Origin: an uncultured Chloroflexia bacterium
GTDB taxonomy: Bacteria > Chloroflexota > Limnocylindria > Limnocylindrales > CSP1-4
Reading direction: 5' to 3'
NCBI GenBank assembly: GCA_963739365.1
Contig: CAVUAG010000016.1
Location: forward strand, 88,863 to 152,862
DNA length: 64,000 nucleotides
Part shown: positions 56,280 to 64,000 of the stretch, one piece after another
Position numbering within the stretch: position 1 is the first letter of the stretch
How the letters are laid out: every line of letters starts with the position of its first letter
Position numbers and translations under genes: made by a program
Notes under the pieces: model-generated
The model's input: the letters and a program-made list of their open reading frames with translations, nothing else
Databases searched by the model: none
Told to the model about the DNA's origin: nothing

Positions 56280-57350
56280 TCAGGGACACCCGCTGATCCG
56301 GCCGCCGCTCGAGCCGGGCGGGGCCGGCAACCGGACTCCGGGCTCCCAGGCCTCCCCTGCGCGCACGAACGTGGCGATGTGGCTGATGCCGGCCGCGTCC
56401 TCGATCACTACGGCGAGGCGGTGCCCGTCGCGGTTGAGCACGACCCCGCCCCGGACGACATCACCCGGTGCGAGGCGCGGTCCGTCGCCCGGCGCCCGAC
56501 GTCGTTCCAGCACATCGGTCACGGGGCCCACGAGCAGCCGACTCTCGTCGCCGAGGACGACGAGAGTCCGCCCGTCGCCGGACGTCCCGAGCGCGAGCGC
56601 CCGGAACGGGATCCCATCGATCACACCCTCCGTCGCGAGGTCAACGATCCCGACGAGAGTGCGCGCGTCGCGACCGCGCTGGACGATCGCCACCTGATCG
56701 CGTCCGAGCCACGCAGGCGGAGCCCCAAGCGACTCGTTGGGCAGCTCCACAACCGCGGCGCGTCCCGCCGCCGCCTCGACGACGACGAGGGCGCTCGGAC
56801 TCTCGGCGGACGGAGGGCGGGCGATCGCCGCCAGGCGCGTCCCGTCCGGCGACGCTGTAGCTGCGAAGATGATCGCGTCATCCGGGAGCGCGCCGCTCCA
56901 CCGGAGGTCGAGGGGACGCCACCCCGCTCCCGCGAGGAGTCCTGCCGGCCCGTGCGCCGCCAGGAAGGCGCGGCCGTCGGCCAGCAGGGCCACGAGCGAC
57001 CCGTCGCCCAGTGCCGTCACGGCCATCGTCGACGGATCCGGAAGGGGGAGCGCGGTGCTGCCGACAGACGACCGGACGAGCGCAAGGGCGGGGACGTCAT
57101 CGACCGTGGCGAGAAGGAGAAGCGCCGGCTCGGCGGTCGCGCCGGGCGCCGCCGTTGGCACGATGGTGGGGGAGGAGGCAGCCGGTGGCTGGCTGGGCGG
57201 GACCGAACCGCAGCCGGCGACGATCCCGGCTGCGACCCAGGCCGCGACGATGCGGGTGACCCGGCGCCGGCGACCCGGCCTGGATGCGTGCCCCGCCCGA
57301 CCGTGGGCCGGGCAGGGCACAGGACGGCGGAGCGGCGGGTTGGTGGTCAC
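56280..57350 (-). CDS. Hypothetical lipoprotein, repeat-rich (beta-propeller-like?)
   Basis: 356 aa with a GTG start that overlaps the upstream stop (GTGA). A lipobox is present (AAGIVAGC|G). Recurring ...DG..L... strand-like segments are visible (SPDGTRLAAI, SGDGRTLVVL, NRDGHRLAVV). Confidence 0.6.
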   Translation of the reverse strand: MTTNPPLRRPVPCPAHGRAGHASRPGRRRRVTRIVAAWVAAGIVAGCGSVPPSQPPAASSPTIVPTAAPGATAEPALLLLATVDDVPALALVRSSVGSTALPLPDPSTMAVTALGDGSLVALLADGRAFLAAHGPAGLLAGAGWRPLDLRWSGALPDDAIIFAATASPDGTRLAAIARPPSAESPSALVVVEAAAGRAAVVELPNESLGAPPAWLGRDQVAIVQRGRDARTLVGIVDLATEGVIDGIPFRALALGTSGDGRTLVVLGDESRLLVGPVTDVLERRRAPGDGPRLAPGDVVRGGVVLNRDGHRLAVVIEDAAGISHIATFVRAGEAWEPGVRLPAPPGSSGGRISGCP

Positions 57351-58289
57351 CGGAGGATGTCGCCCCCGAGGAGCGCGCCGGAGCCGGCGTCCAGGAAGAG
57401 CTTTACGGCGCGGAGGTTCTCGCTCAGATCGCCTTGTGCGTCGGCTTCGACGACCCAGGCGAGCCGGAGTGTGGCGTCCGGGGCGTCCGGCGCCGCGGGC
57501 TCGAACGCATCATTCAGGGCGATCCAACCGAGCGCGACCGCCGTGATCGCGACCTGCCCCGGGCGGCTCCCGAGGAGGTCTGCGAGGGCAACGGTCGCGT
57601 GCGCCCTGGCCGTCGCCTCGTCGATCACGCGGGACGGTCGGGACGCGAGGGGACGCTCGGTACGCACCACGGCGTGGACCCGCCCATCGGGCCACAGGTC
57701 GATGCGGACGCCGTCGCCGGCGACTGGGATCCCGTCGTCCACGCGCGGCCAGGCGATCGCCCAGCCCGTGTCGTCCGGCTCCTGCCGGACCTCCGGCTGG
57801 CCGGCGACACCGAGGCCGAGATCCGCCGCGAGGGCGGTGGCTCGTGCCGCCGGCCGCCGCGGCACCCGGCAGGCGACGGCCACCCACGGCCTGCCAGCCG
57901 AGCGAGACGGCGCCCACGAGGCGGCCCCGCTCGTCGAAGCGCTGCAGGTGCAGGGCGCGGCCCGCTCCATCGCGGCCCGTGACCTCATCGTAGGTCACGC
58001 CGCCAAGGCGATCCGTCACGTGCTCGACGTCGACGGACGCGGGCTCCGGCAGGCCGAGCTGCCGGCGGGACATGCCCGCCGCTGCCAGGACCGGGGCTGC
58101 CCGCTCAGGGACAAGGGACGTCCGCTCAGCCGCGGGTCCGCCGGCGACGAAGCGGTCGGCTGCGTCGCCCGGGGCGGTCCCGCCCGGAATGCCCAGCCCG
58201 ATCGCCACACCGGCCACGGCGGCCGCGACAACGAGCCGCGCGCGCCGCTTCCCGAGCGGCGCCCGAAGGGGTGCATGCATCGTCTTCAC
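57347..58289 (-). pseudogene. Secreted PepSY-like domain protein, one frame break (about 57880)
   Basis: The signal peptide (RARLVVAAAVAGVAIGLG) lies in ORF 57510..58289. The C-terminal part lies in ORF 57347..57988 and ends with a PepSY-like signature (LRLAWVVEA...VKLFLDAGSGALLGG). Confidence 0.55.
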
Positions 58290-58290
58290 C

Positions 58291-59046
58291 TCACAGACAC
58301 CTGGTGCAGCCCGTCGGGAGAGGCCCGGCCCGCCCCGTCCACTCGTAGCTGCCGTACCAGTTGGCGGCGAACCCCGTGTTGAACACCCCGAGCTTCGCCT
58401 GGTCGAAGGCCTGGCCGACCCCCAGCCCTGGCCCGAGCGCGTTCCAGAAGCGGGTCTCGAACATGAACTCGTCGCTGTCCCAGGCGGAGCCGAGGTATCC
58501 GAAGTAGAAGTTGGGCCCCGCCCAGGCGCCCACTCCCGCCTTCAACTTCGGGATGCCGAACGCCCCCGGCATCGTGGTCACGGACTCGCCGAGATGGCAG
58601 GTCGACATGATCACGAGGTTCGACTTCTGCTTCGCACGAGCCGTCGCGATCTCCGTGGAGTAGATCGTCTTGGCGCCCGTGCAGAGCCCGGCGTCCTCCT
58701 TGAAGCCCGCGTACTGCTTGCCATCCGGGTGGAAGTAGTGGTCGCCGTGGGAGTGGACCCAGTAGCCCCAGTCGGCGACAGTCCGGGCCAGCACGTGCGC
58801 CCGCGTGAAGACGGCCCCGCTGTAGCTGGTCGTGGTGAAACCCAGGTTGCGGAAGCCGGCGAGTGCCGCGGCCCGCAACTTCGACGGGTAGCTGTCGTTG
58901 ATCTTCAGGCAGTCGAGTGAGAACGCCGAGACGTTCGTGTCGACCGTGGCCTGGTAGGCGGCACGCGCCGGCCCCGCCGCGACGGCCGCGAGGACCATCA
59001 TCGCGAGGAGCACAGCAAGCTGGCGAGTCCTCCGTCCGGGAGACAT
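58291..59046 (-). CDS. Secreted protein with a clan-CD (caspase/metacaspase-like) His-Gly ... Cys dyad pattern
   Basis: 251-aa intact ORF with a signal peptide ending ARA|AY. GYWVHSHGD (His100-Gly101) and NLVIMSTCHLGE (Cys150) each follow a hydrophobic run and lie 50 residues apart. Its codon and amino-acid usage is visibly more AT-rich than its neighbours. Confidence 0.55.
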   Translation of the reverse strand: MSPGRRTRQLAVLLAMMVLAAVAAGPARAAYQATVDTNVSAFSLDCLKINDSYPSKLRAAALAGFRNLGFTTTSYSGAVFTRAHVLARTVADWGYWVHSHGDHYFHPDGKQYAGFKEDAGLCTGAKTIYSTEIATARAKQKSNLVIMSTCHLGESVTTMPGAFGIPKLKAGVGAWAGPNFYFGYLGSAWDSDEFMFETRFWNALGPGLGVGQAFDQAKLGVFNTGFAANWYGSYEWTGRAGPLPTGCTRCL

Positions 59047-59261
59047 CCGGTGTGACCTCCTCCGGCGGGATGACCGTGGCGGGAGGAGATGGGCCAGCGA
59101 CGCCTGCGCCGACGCCGCTGCCGGGAGTCTGCACGCGACCCCTTATCCGCCCCTTATCGGGCGGTGCGCCAGGCTCGGGCCGGTTCGCCCGGACGGCGCA
59201 TTCCGGGCCGTTCGGCTCCCCCCGCAGCGCGGCTCGCGTGCTACGCTCCGCCCGTCACAAG

Positions 59262-59410
59262 ACCCACCGCGTGGCCGCGAAGCCGGTGTGACTCCGGCAC
59301 AGTCCCGCTACGGTGACCGTCCTCTCGGGGATGGAAGTCCGGTCGCCGGCCCCACGGTGCAGCCGCTCGAACCCTCGAGAGAAAGGGGTTGGCAGGCATG
59401 ATTCCCGTCA
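59262..59410 (+). promoter_or_regulatory. Cobalamin (B12) riboswitch
   Basis: The core GCGAAGCCGGTGTGACTCCGGCACAGTCCCGCTACGGTGA matches the conserved GGGAA...GGTG..A.TCC....C.G.CCCGC.AC.GT.A element. A B12-box-like GAAGTCCGGTCGCCGGCC lies downstream. The element sits directly upstream of btuFCD. Boundaries are approximate. Confidence 0.7.
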
Positions 59411-59500
59411 CCTAGGGCCCTCGCGTCCGTCGCTGCGTGCCCGCGGCCTTCACATCCGCCCGCGGTCACCCGCCTCAACTCCAGCCAGCGAGGTTTCCCG

Positions 59501-60511
59501 TTGCGTCTGACTCCTTCTCGCGCTGCCCGCACCGCCCGATCCGTGGCTGTCGTCCTCCTCGCCGCGCTCCTGGCGGCCTGCAGCACCGGTTCCGCCCGAG
59601 CCCGACGCCCTCCCCGACGGCGGCCGCCGCCACGCCGGCGCCCACGCCTGTCGCGGCGTTCCCGTTCACGCTCGTCGACGACGAAGGCACCTCGGTCACG
59701 ATCCATTCCCGGCCCGAGCGGATCGTCTCGCTCACGCCGGCCACGACCGAGATCCTCTTCGCGATCGGCGCGGGCCCGCGCGTCGTCGCCACGACCGACT
59801 TCGACGACTACCCGCCCGAGGCGGTCGCCCTGCCCGATGTCGCCTCGTACCAGGGCGTCGACGTCGAGAAGATCGTCGGCCTCGCGGCCGACCTCGTGGT
59901 GGCCGGCGGCAATGGCTTCAACAGCCCGGACGCGCTGCGAAGCTCCGCGGCCTCGGCATCCCGGTCGTCGTGATCTACGCGCCCGACGTGGCCGGCGTGC
60001 TCAGGGATATCGAGCTCGTCGCCGCGGCGACCGGCGAGCGGGAGGCCGGCGCGGCGATGACGGCGCAGATGGGTGCTGAGATCGGCGCCATCAGGGACGG
60101 CTCGGCGCGGCCGGCCGCACGCCCCCCCGCGTCTTCTATGAGCTCGACGCGACCAAGGAGATCTACGGGCCGGCCGACGACTCCTTCCTGGCCGAGATGA
60201 TCACGCTTGCCGGCGGCGACCCGATCACCACCGGCAGCCCGACCGTCTTCTCCATCCCCCTCGAGACGCTCCTTGCGGCCGACCCGCAGGTCATCGTCCT
60301 GGGCGACGCCGCGTACGGCATGACGCCCGAGATCGTGGCCGCGCGGCCCGGCTGGGGCGGGATGGCCGCCGTCGCGAGCGGGGACGTTCGACCCGTGAAC
60401 GACGTCGTGGTGACGCGACCCGGGCCGCGTCTCGTCGAGGGGCTGCGCGTCCTGGCGCTGGCGATCGACCCGGCCGCCCCCGTGCCGCCCGCCCCGACGG
60501 CCGTGCCGTGA
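59501..60511 (+). pseudogene. btuF: Cobalamin/siderophore-type ABC substrate-binding lipoprotein (BtuF-like), about 3 frame breaks
   Basis: TTG start and a lipobox (LLAALLAAC|S). Recognisable pieces are RIVSLTPATTEILFAIGAG..VVATTDF, DLVVAGGNGF, PRVFYELD, and DPQVIVLGDAAYG...VVTRPGPRLVEG. Confidence 0.8.
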
Positions 60512-60521
60512 CGGACCGGCC

Positions 60522-61598
60522 GTGACGATCGGCGGTCGGGCACTCGCCCTTTCGCGGGCTCGTCGTCGACGCCCAGCGGAGGTGCCGCGCCCGGCCGTCC
60601 TCGCCCTGCTCGGCCTCGCCGCCCTGGCGGCCGTCGTCGTGCTCGGCGTGGCCGCTGGCAGCGTGGCGGTCGCGCCCGGCGACACGATCGGGATCCTCCT
60701 CCGGGCGGTCGGGCTCCCGCTCGAGCGCACCTGGGCCGCCACGGCCGAGACGATCGTCCTGGAGCTGCGCCTTCCGCGCGTCCTGACCGCGGCCGTGGTC
60801 GGAGCCGGGCGGCCGTGGCCGGGGCCACGTTCCAGGGGCTCCTGCGCAACCCGCTGGCTGACCCGTACGTGCTGGGGACCGCGTCCGGCGCGGCGCTCGG
60901 CGCGGCGATCGCGGTGGTGATCCCGGTCCGCATCGCGCTTCTCGAGCTCGGGCTCGTCCACGTCTTCGCGTTCATCGGCGGGCTGGCCGCGGTCGCGGTC
61001 GTCTACCGCCTGAGCCGCGGCGGACCGCTCGCGCCGCTCACCGGGCTGCTGCTGACGGGCTACGCGGTCGGCTCGCTCCTGGCGGCCGGCCTGTCGATGA
61101 CGATGTACCTGTCCGGCGCGGACCTCCGCCAGATCTTCTCGTTCCTGCTCGGCGGGCTCGAGGGGTCCTCGTGGATGAGCCTCGCCGTCGCCGCGCCGAC
61201 TCGTCATCGGCGGGAGCATCGCCATCCTGGCTCGGGCGCGCGCGCTCAACGGCCTCCTGCTCGGCGAGGAGGCGGCGGCCCACCTCGGGGTGGACGTCCG
61301 GCGCGAGCGCGGGATCCTGCTCGGCCTCGCGACGCTGGTCACCGCGGCGGCAGTCGCCGTCTCCGGCCTGATCGGCTTCGTCGGGCTGGTCGCGCCGCAC
61401 CTGGTCCGCCTTGTCGTCGGGCCGAACGCGCGCAACGTGGTCCCCCTGGCGGCGATCCTCGGTGCCGTTCTCCTCGTGGTGGCCGACCTGGTCGCACGCC
61501 TGCTCGGCGAGATCCCCGTGGGGGTCGTCACGGCCGTGATCGGGGCGCCCTTCTTCCTCGCCCTGCTGCGCACGGCGCGCGGAGGGTACGAGCTGTGA
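60522..61598 (+). pseudogene. btuC: FecCD-family ABC permease (BtuC-like), two frame breaks
   Basis: Recognisable pieces are LRLPRVLTAAVVGAG, GATFQGLLRNPLADPYVLGTASGAALG, and GLIGFVGLVAPHLVR...IPVGVVTAVIGAPFFLALL. Confidence 0.8.
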
Positions 61599-62431
61599 CC
61601 GTGATCGCTGCGGCCGCACGACCTGCTCCCGACCCGGCGCCGGCTCTCTCCCGCCGGGCCCAGGCCGTCTTCGAGGACGTCGTCGTCGCGTACCGCGAGC
61701 GCACGATCATCCGCGGCGTGAGCCTCGCGATCGCGCCCGGCGAGCGCCTGGCCCTGGTGGGACCCAACGGCGCCGGCAAGTCCACCCTTCTCAGGACCCT
61801 GGCCGGCCTCGTGGTGCCGCGCAGTGGGCGGGTCCTCCTCGGCGGGGACCCGGTTGCCTCGCTCGACCGGCCGGCAATCGCCCGGCGGCTGGCTGCCGTG
61901 CCGGGCCAGGCGACGCTCCCGTTCTCGGCGCGCGTGGAGGATGTGGTGGCGCTGGGCCGGCTCCCGCACGAGGACCCGTTCCGCGGTCCGCGGGCCGCCG
62001 ACCGCGCCGCCGTGGACGCCGCGATCTCGCGGGTCGGGATCGACCGCCTCCGTGGTCGCGACGCCCGCGAGCTCTCGCTCGGCGAGCGCCAGCTGGTTCT
62101 CGTGGCGCTCGCCGTCGCCCAGGCGGCGCCCCTGCTCGTCCTCGACGAGCCGACGGCCCACCTCGACCTTCGCCACCAGGTCGCCGTCATGGAGCTGCTC
62201 GCGGACCTGAACGCGCGGGAGGGCACGACGATCCTCGCCGTCCTTCACGACCTGACCCTGGCCCGTCACTTCTTCCCACGCCTCGTCGTGCTCGAGAGCG
62301 GGCAGGTCGTCGCCGACGGGCCGCCGGCGGCCGTACTGACCGCCGACCGCGTGCGCTCGGTCTTCGGGGTGGACGTGGCCCTGACCGGCGGCACGGCGAC
62401 GCGCGTTGACCGCGCATCGGCGGGCGACTAG
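61595..62431 (+). CDS. btuD: ABC transporter ATP-binding protein (BtuD/FecE-like)
   Basis: The GTG overlaps the btuC stop (GTGA at 61595-61598). Walker A GPNGAGKST, signature LSLGERQ and Walker B LLVLDEPTAHLD are present. The ORF is intact. Confidence 0.88.
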   Translation: MTVIAAAARPAPDPAPALSRRAQAVFEDVVVAYRERTIIRGVSLAIAPGERLALVGPNGAGKSTLLRTLAGLVVPRSGRVLLGGDPVASLDRPAIARRLAAVPGQATLPFSARVEDVVALGRLPHEDPFRGPRAADRAAVDAAISRVGIDRLRGRDARELSLGERQLVLVALAVAQAAPLLVLDEPTAHLDLRHQVAVMELLADLNAREGTTILAVLHDLTLARHFFPRLVVLESGQVVADGPPAAVLTADRVRSVFGVDVALTGGTATRVDRASAGD

Positions 62432-62440
62432 GCTGGTGCC

Positions 62441-63133
62441 GTGATCCCCACGTGCGGAATGCGCCGGACCCGGATGGGCGCCGTCGCCCCTGTCCTCCTC
62501 GTCGTTCTGGCCCTCCTCGTCGCGGCCTGCGGCGCGACCGTCACGCCCACCTCGGCGCCGTCGGCGGGATCCACGGCCCCCGGCTCGAGCGGCGCCCCGG
62601 GATCGACGGACGGGGCGACCGGCGGCCCGACGGAACAGCCCACGGGCGAGGCGACCGAGCCGCCGACCGGCAGCCCGTCCGGCGCGCCGACCGACACGCC
62701 GGCCCCGTCCGCAGGCAGCGCCGACGCCTGCAGCGGGAGCGACGAGAACCGCGCCTTCTATGCGTCGGTCGCCGGGGACGTGACGTGGCAGGTCTACTGC
62801 GCGGTGCTTCCGGCCGGCTGGTTCGTCGACACCGGGTCCTTCCGCCTTGCCGGCGGCGGCAGGCTGGAGATCTCGTACAAGGGTCCGGGCGGGCAGCGGA
62901 TCGAGATGCGCCAGGGCACCTACTGCGCGGGCGTCGACGACTGCATCCCGACGGGGCCAGATGCCGGCTCCGCCTCGTACGGCGACAGGCCGGCACGCCT
63001 CGTCGACGCGGGTGGAGGCTCCTGGCTCGTCGTCGCGGAGGGCGGGGACGTCAACTGGGAGGCGAAGGGCCTCGGCATGGACGGCCCGACGCTCGCGAGC
63101 CACACGGCCGCCTTCGTCCCGGTCGGCGAGTAG
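62441..63133 (+). CDS. Hypothetical lipoprotein with a Pro/Thr/Gly-rich linker
   Basis: A lipobox is present (LALLVAAC|G). A low-complexity linker is followed by a ~130-aa globular domain with 4 Cys. The likely true start is the ATG at 62459 (MRRTRMGAV...). Confidence 0.6.
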   Translation: MIPTCGMRRTRMGAVAPVLLVVLALLVAACGATVTPTSAPSAGSTAPGSSGAPGSTDGATGGPTEQPTGEATEPPTGSPSGAPTDTPAPSAGSADACSGSDENRAFYASVAGDVTWQVYCAVLPAGWFVDTGSFRLAGGGRLEISYKGPGGQRIEMRQGTYCAGVDDCIPTGPDAGSASYGDRPARLVDAGGGSWLVVAEGGDVNWEAKGLGMDGPTLASHTAAFVPVGE

Positions 63134-63158
63134 TCCGGAATCCCGGCTCGCCCGCACG

Positions 63159-64000
63159 ATGACCGCCCGTCGCACGGTCCGCGAGCGCATCGACCCACGC
63201 CTCACCGCCGCCCTGTTCGCCAACTACCGAACCCCCGTCGACGCCGTCCTCGAGCTCGTCGACAACGCCGTCGACAGCCGAGTCGCAGGGAGGACGCTCG
63301 AGGTCGACCTCGCCGTCCACCCTGGGCGGCTGGTCATGGAGATCATTGGCGGGACCGGCATGGGCCCCGGGGCGATCGAGCGCGACTACCTGCGCTGGGG
63401 CGCCTCGTCGAAGCGGTCGGGCGATCGGATCGGGCGGTACGGCCAGGGAGGCAAGGCCGCGATCGGCCATCTCGGGAACCGTTTCGAGATCGTCGCGTCG
63501 GCCGCCGGCGACGAGGTCGCCTACGGGTTCGAGGACCCGGCGTATCGCGACCGGGCTCGCCTTCGGACGTACGACCTGCGCGCGCGGAAGAAGGTTGTGC
63601 TCGCCGCGCTCGGGTACGTGCGCATCGAGATCGGTGAGGTCGACCGGAAGCTGGATCCGCGACGCATGGCGGAGCGGCTCGCGGAGGCGTACCGCCCGAT
63701 GCTCGAGGCGGGCGAGGTACGGATGGTCGTCAACCGGGCACGGTCGCGCCCAGTCCCTGGGGCGTCGAGGATCGGCACGAGTTCGTCGTGCGGGCTGCCG
63801 GTCGGCTTGTCCGGGGCTGGTGGGGCCTGCTGCCCGAGGTGCCGCTCCCCGGTGCGCCGGAGGCCGGCATTCGCCTCTACCACCTCGGCCGGCTCGTCGG
63901 GGCGCCGGAGTGGTTCGGGCATCCGACGCCGGCCGCCCACCCAGCCCTCAACCGCCTGGTCGGCGAGGTGGAGCTGCCGCACGTCCCGGTGACGATGAAC
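63159..64000 (+). pseudogene. GHKL-superfamily (HATPase_c_3 / MORC-like) ATPase, 5' part, one frame break (about 63735); continues beyond the window
   Basis: The Bergerat N-box is AVLELVDNAVDS, and the G-rich loop is IGRYGQGGKAAIGHLG. After the frame shift the sequence continues ...VNGTVAPSPWGVEDRHEFVV...GIRLYHLGRLV...LNRLVGEVELPHVPVTMN to the window edge. Confidence 0.65.

Noticed and set aside
59975-63223. 1082-aa minus-strand ORF opposite btuF/btuC/btuD and the lipoprotein.
   Set aside because: It is an antisense artefact. ABC transporter motifs are unambiguous on the plus strand.

Overview
Very GC-rich (by eye about 70% or more) bacterial chromosomal segment. It is densely coding, and I found no rRNA, tRNA, CRISPR array, transposase or integrase.

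Left third: a Firmicute-style housekeeping synteny block. It runs hemW-like 3' end, promoter plus CIRCE, hrcA-grpE-dnaK, [ABC-2 exporter and ppgK inserted], dnaJ-prmA, [membrane ORF], mtaB-HIT, then a decayed acyl-CoA ligase and a cupin, then rpsU-yqeY-pgpH-ybeY. A roughly 1700-codon alpha-2-macroglobulin-like lipoprotein gene and pth-mfd follow.

Middle (27.8-45 kb): a glycerol/dihydroxyacetone supercluster.
- A minus-strand dhaL-histidine kinase-response regulator operon.
- A divergent dhaM/dhaL pair.
- glpF-dhaK-dhaL-glpK, then glpABC and a small membrane ORF.
- A second dhaM, a ketopantoate-reductase-family gene, and an HPr-Enzyme I fusion.

Right third:
- plsY and an activated-methyl-cycle cluster (apt, mtnA, GNAT, ahcY, S9 peptidase, metK).
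- manC and a phosphomannomutase.
- An accessory patch: a SWIM zinc-finger ORF and a three-gene secreted operon whose first product has a caspase-like His/Cys dyad.
- A cobalamin riboswitch with btuFCD, a lipoprotein, and the 5' part of a GHKL/MORC-like ATPase.

Major caveat: many clearly recognisable genes are split over two or three reading frames. The worst stretch is about 43.8-55.8 kb, and it includes essential genes such as metK, ahcY and plsY. Neighbouring blocks are perfectly intact: hrcA-dnaK, glpF-glpK, and the SWIM ORF plus two of the three secreted-operon genes at 55.8-59.0 kb. I interpret most breaks as consensus indel errors rather than biology, but I cannot prove that from the sequence alone. 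The ends of frame-broken genes are approximate.

Most interesting candidates: the DhaL-coupled GAF-PAS two-component system, and the secreted caspase-like/PepSY/lipoprotein operon.
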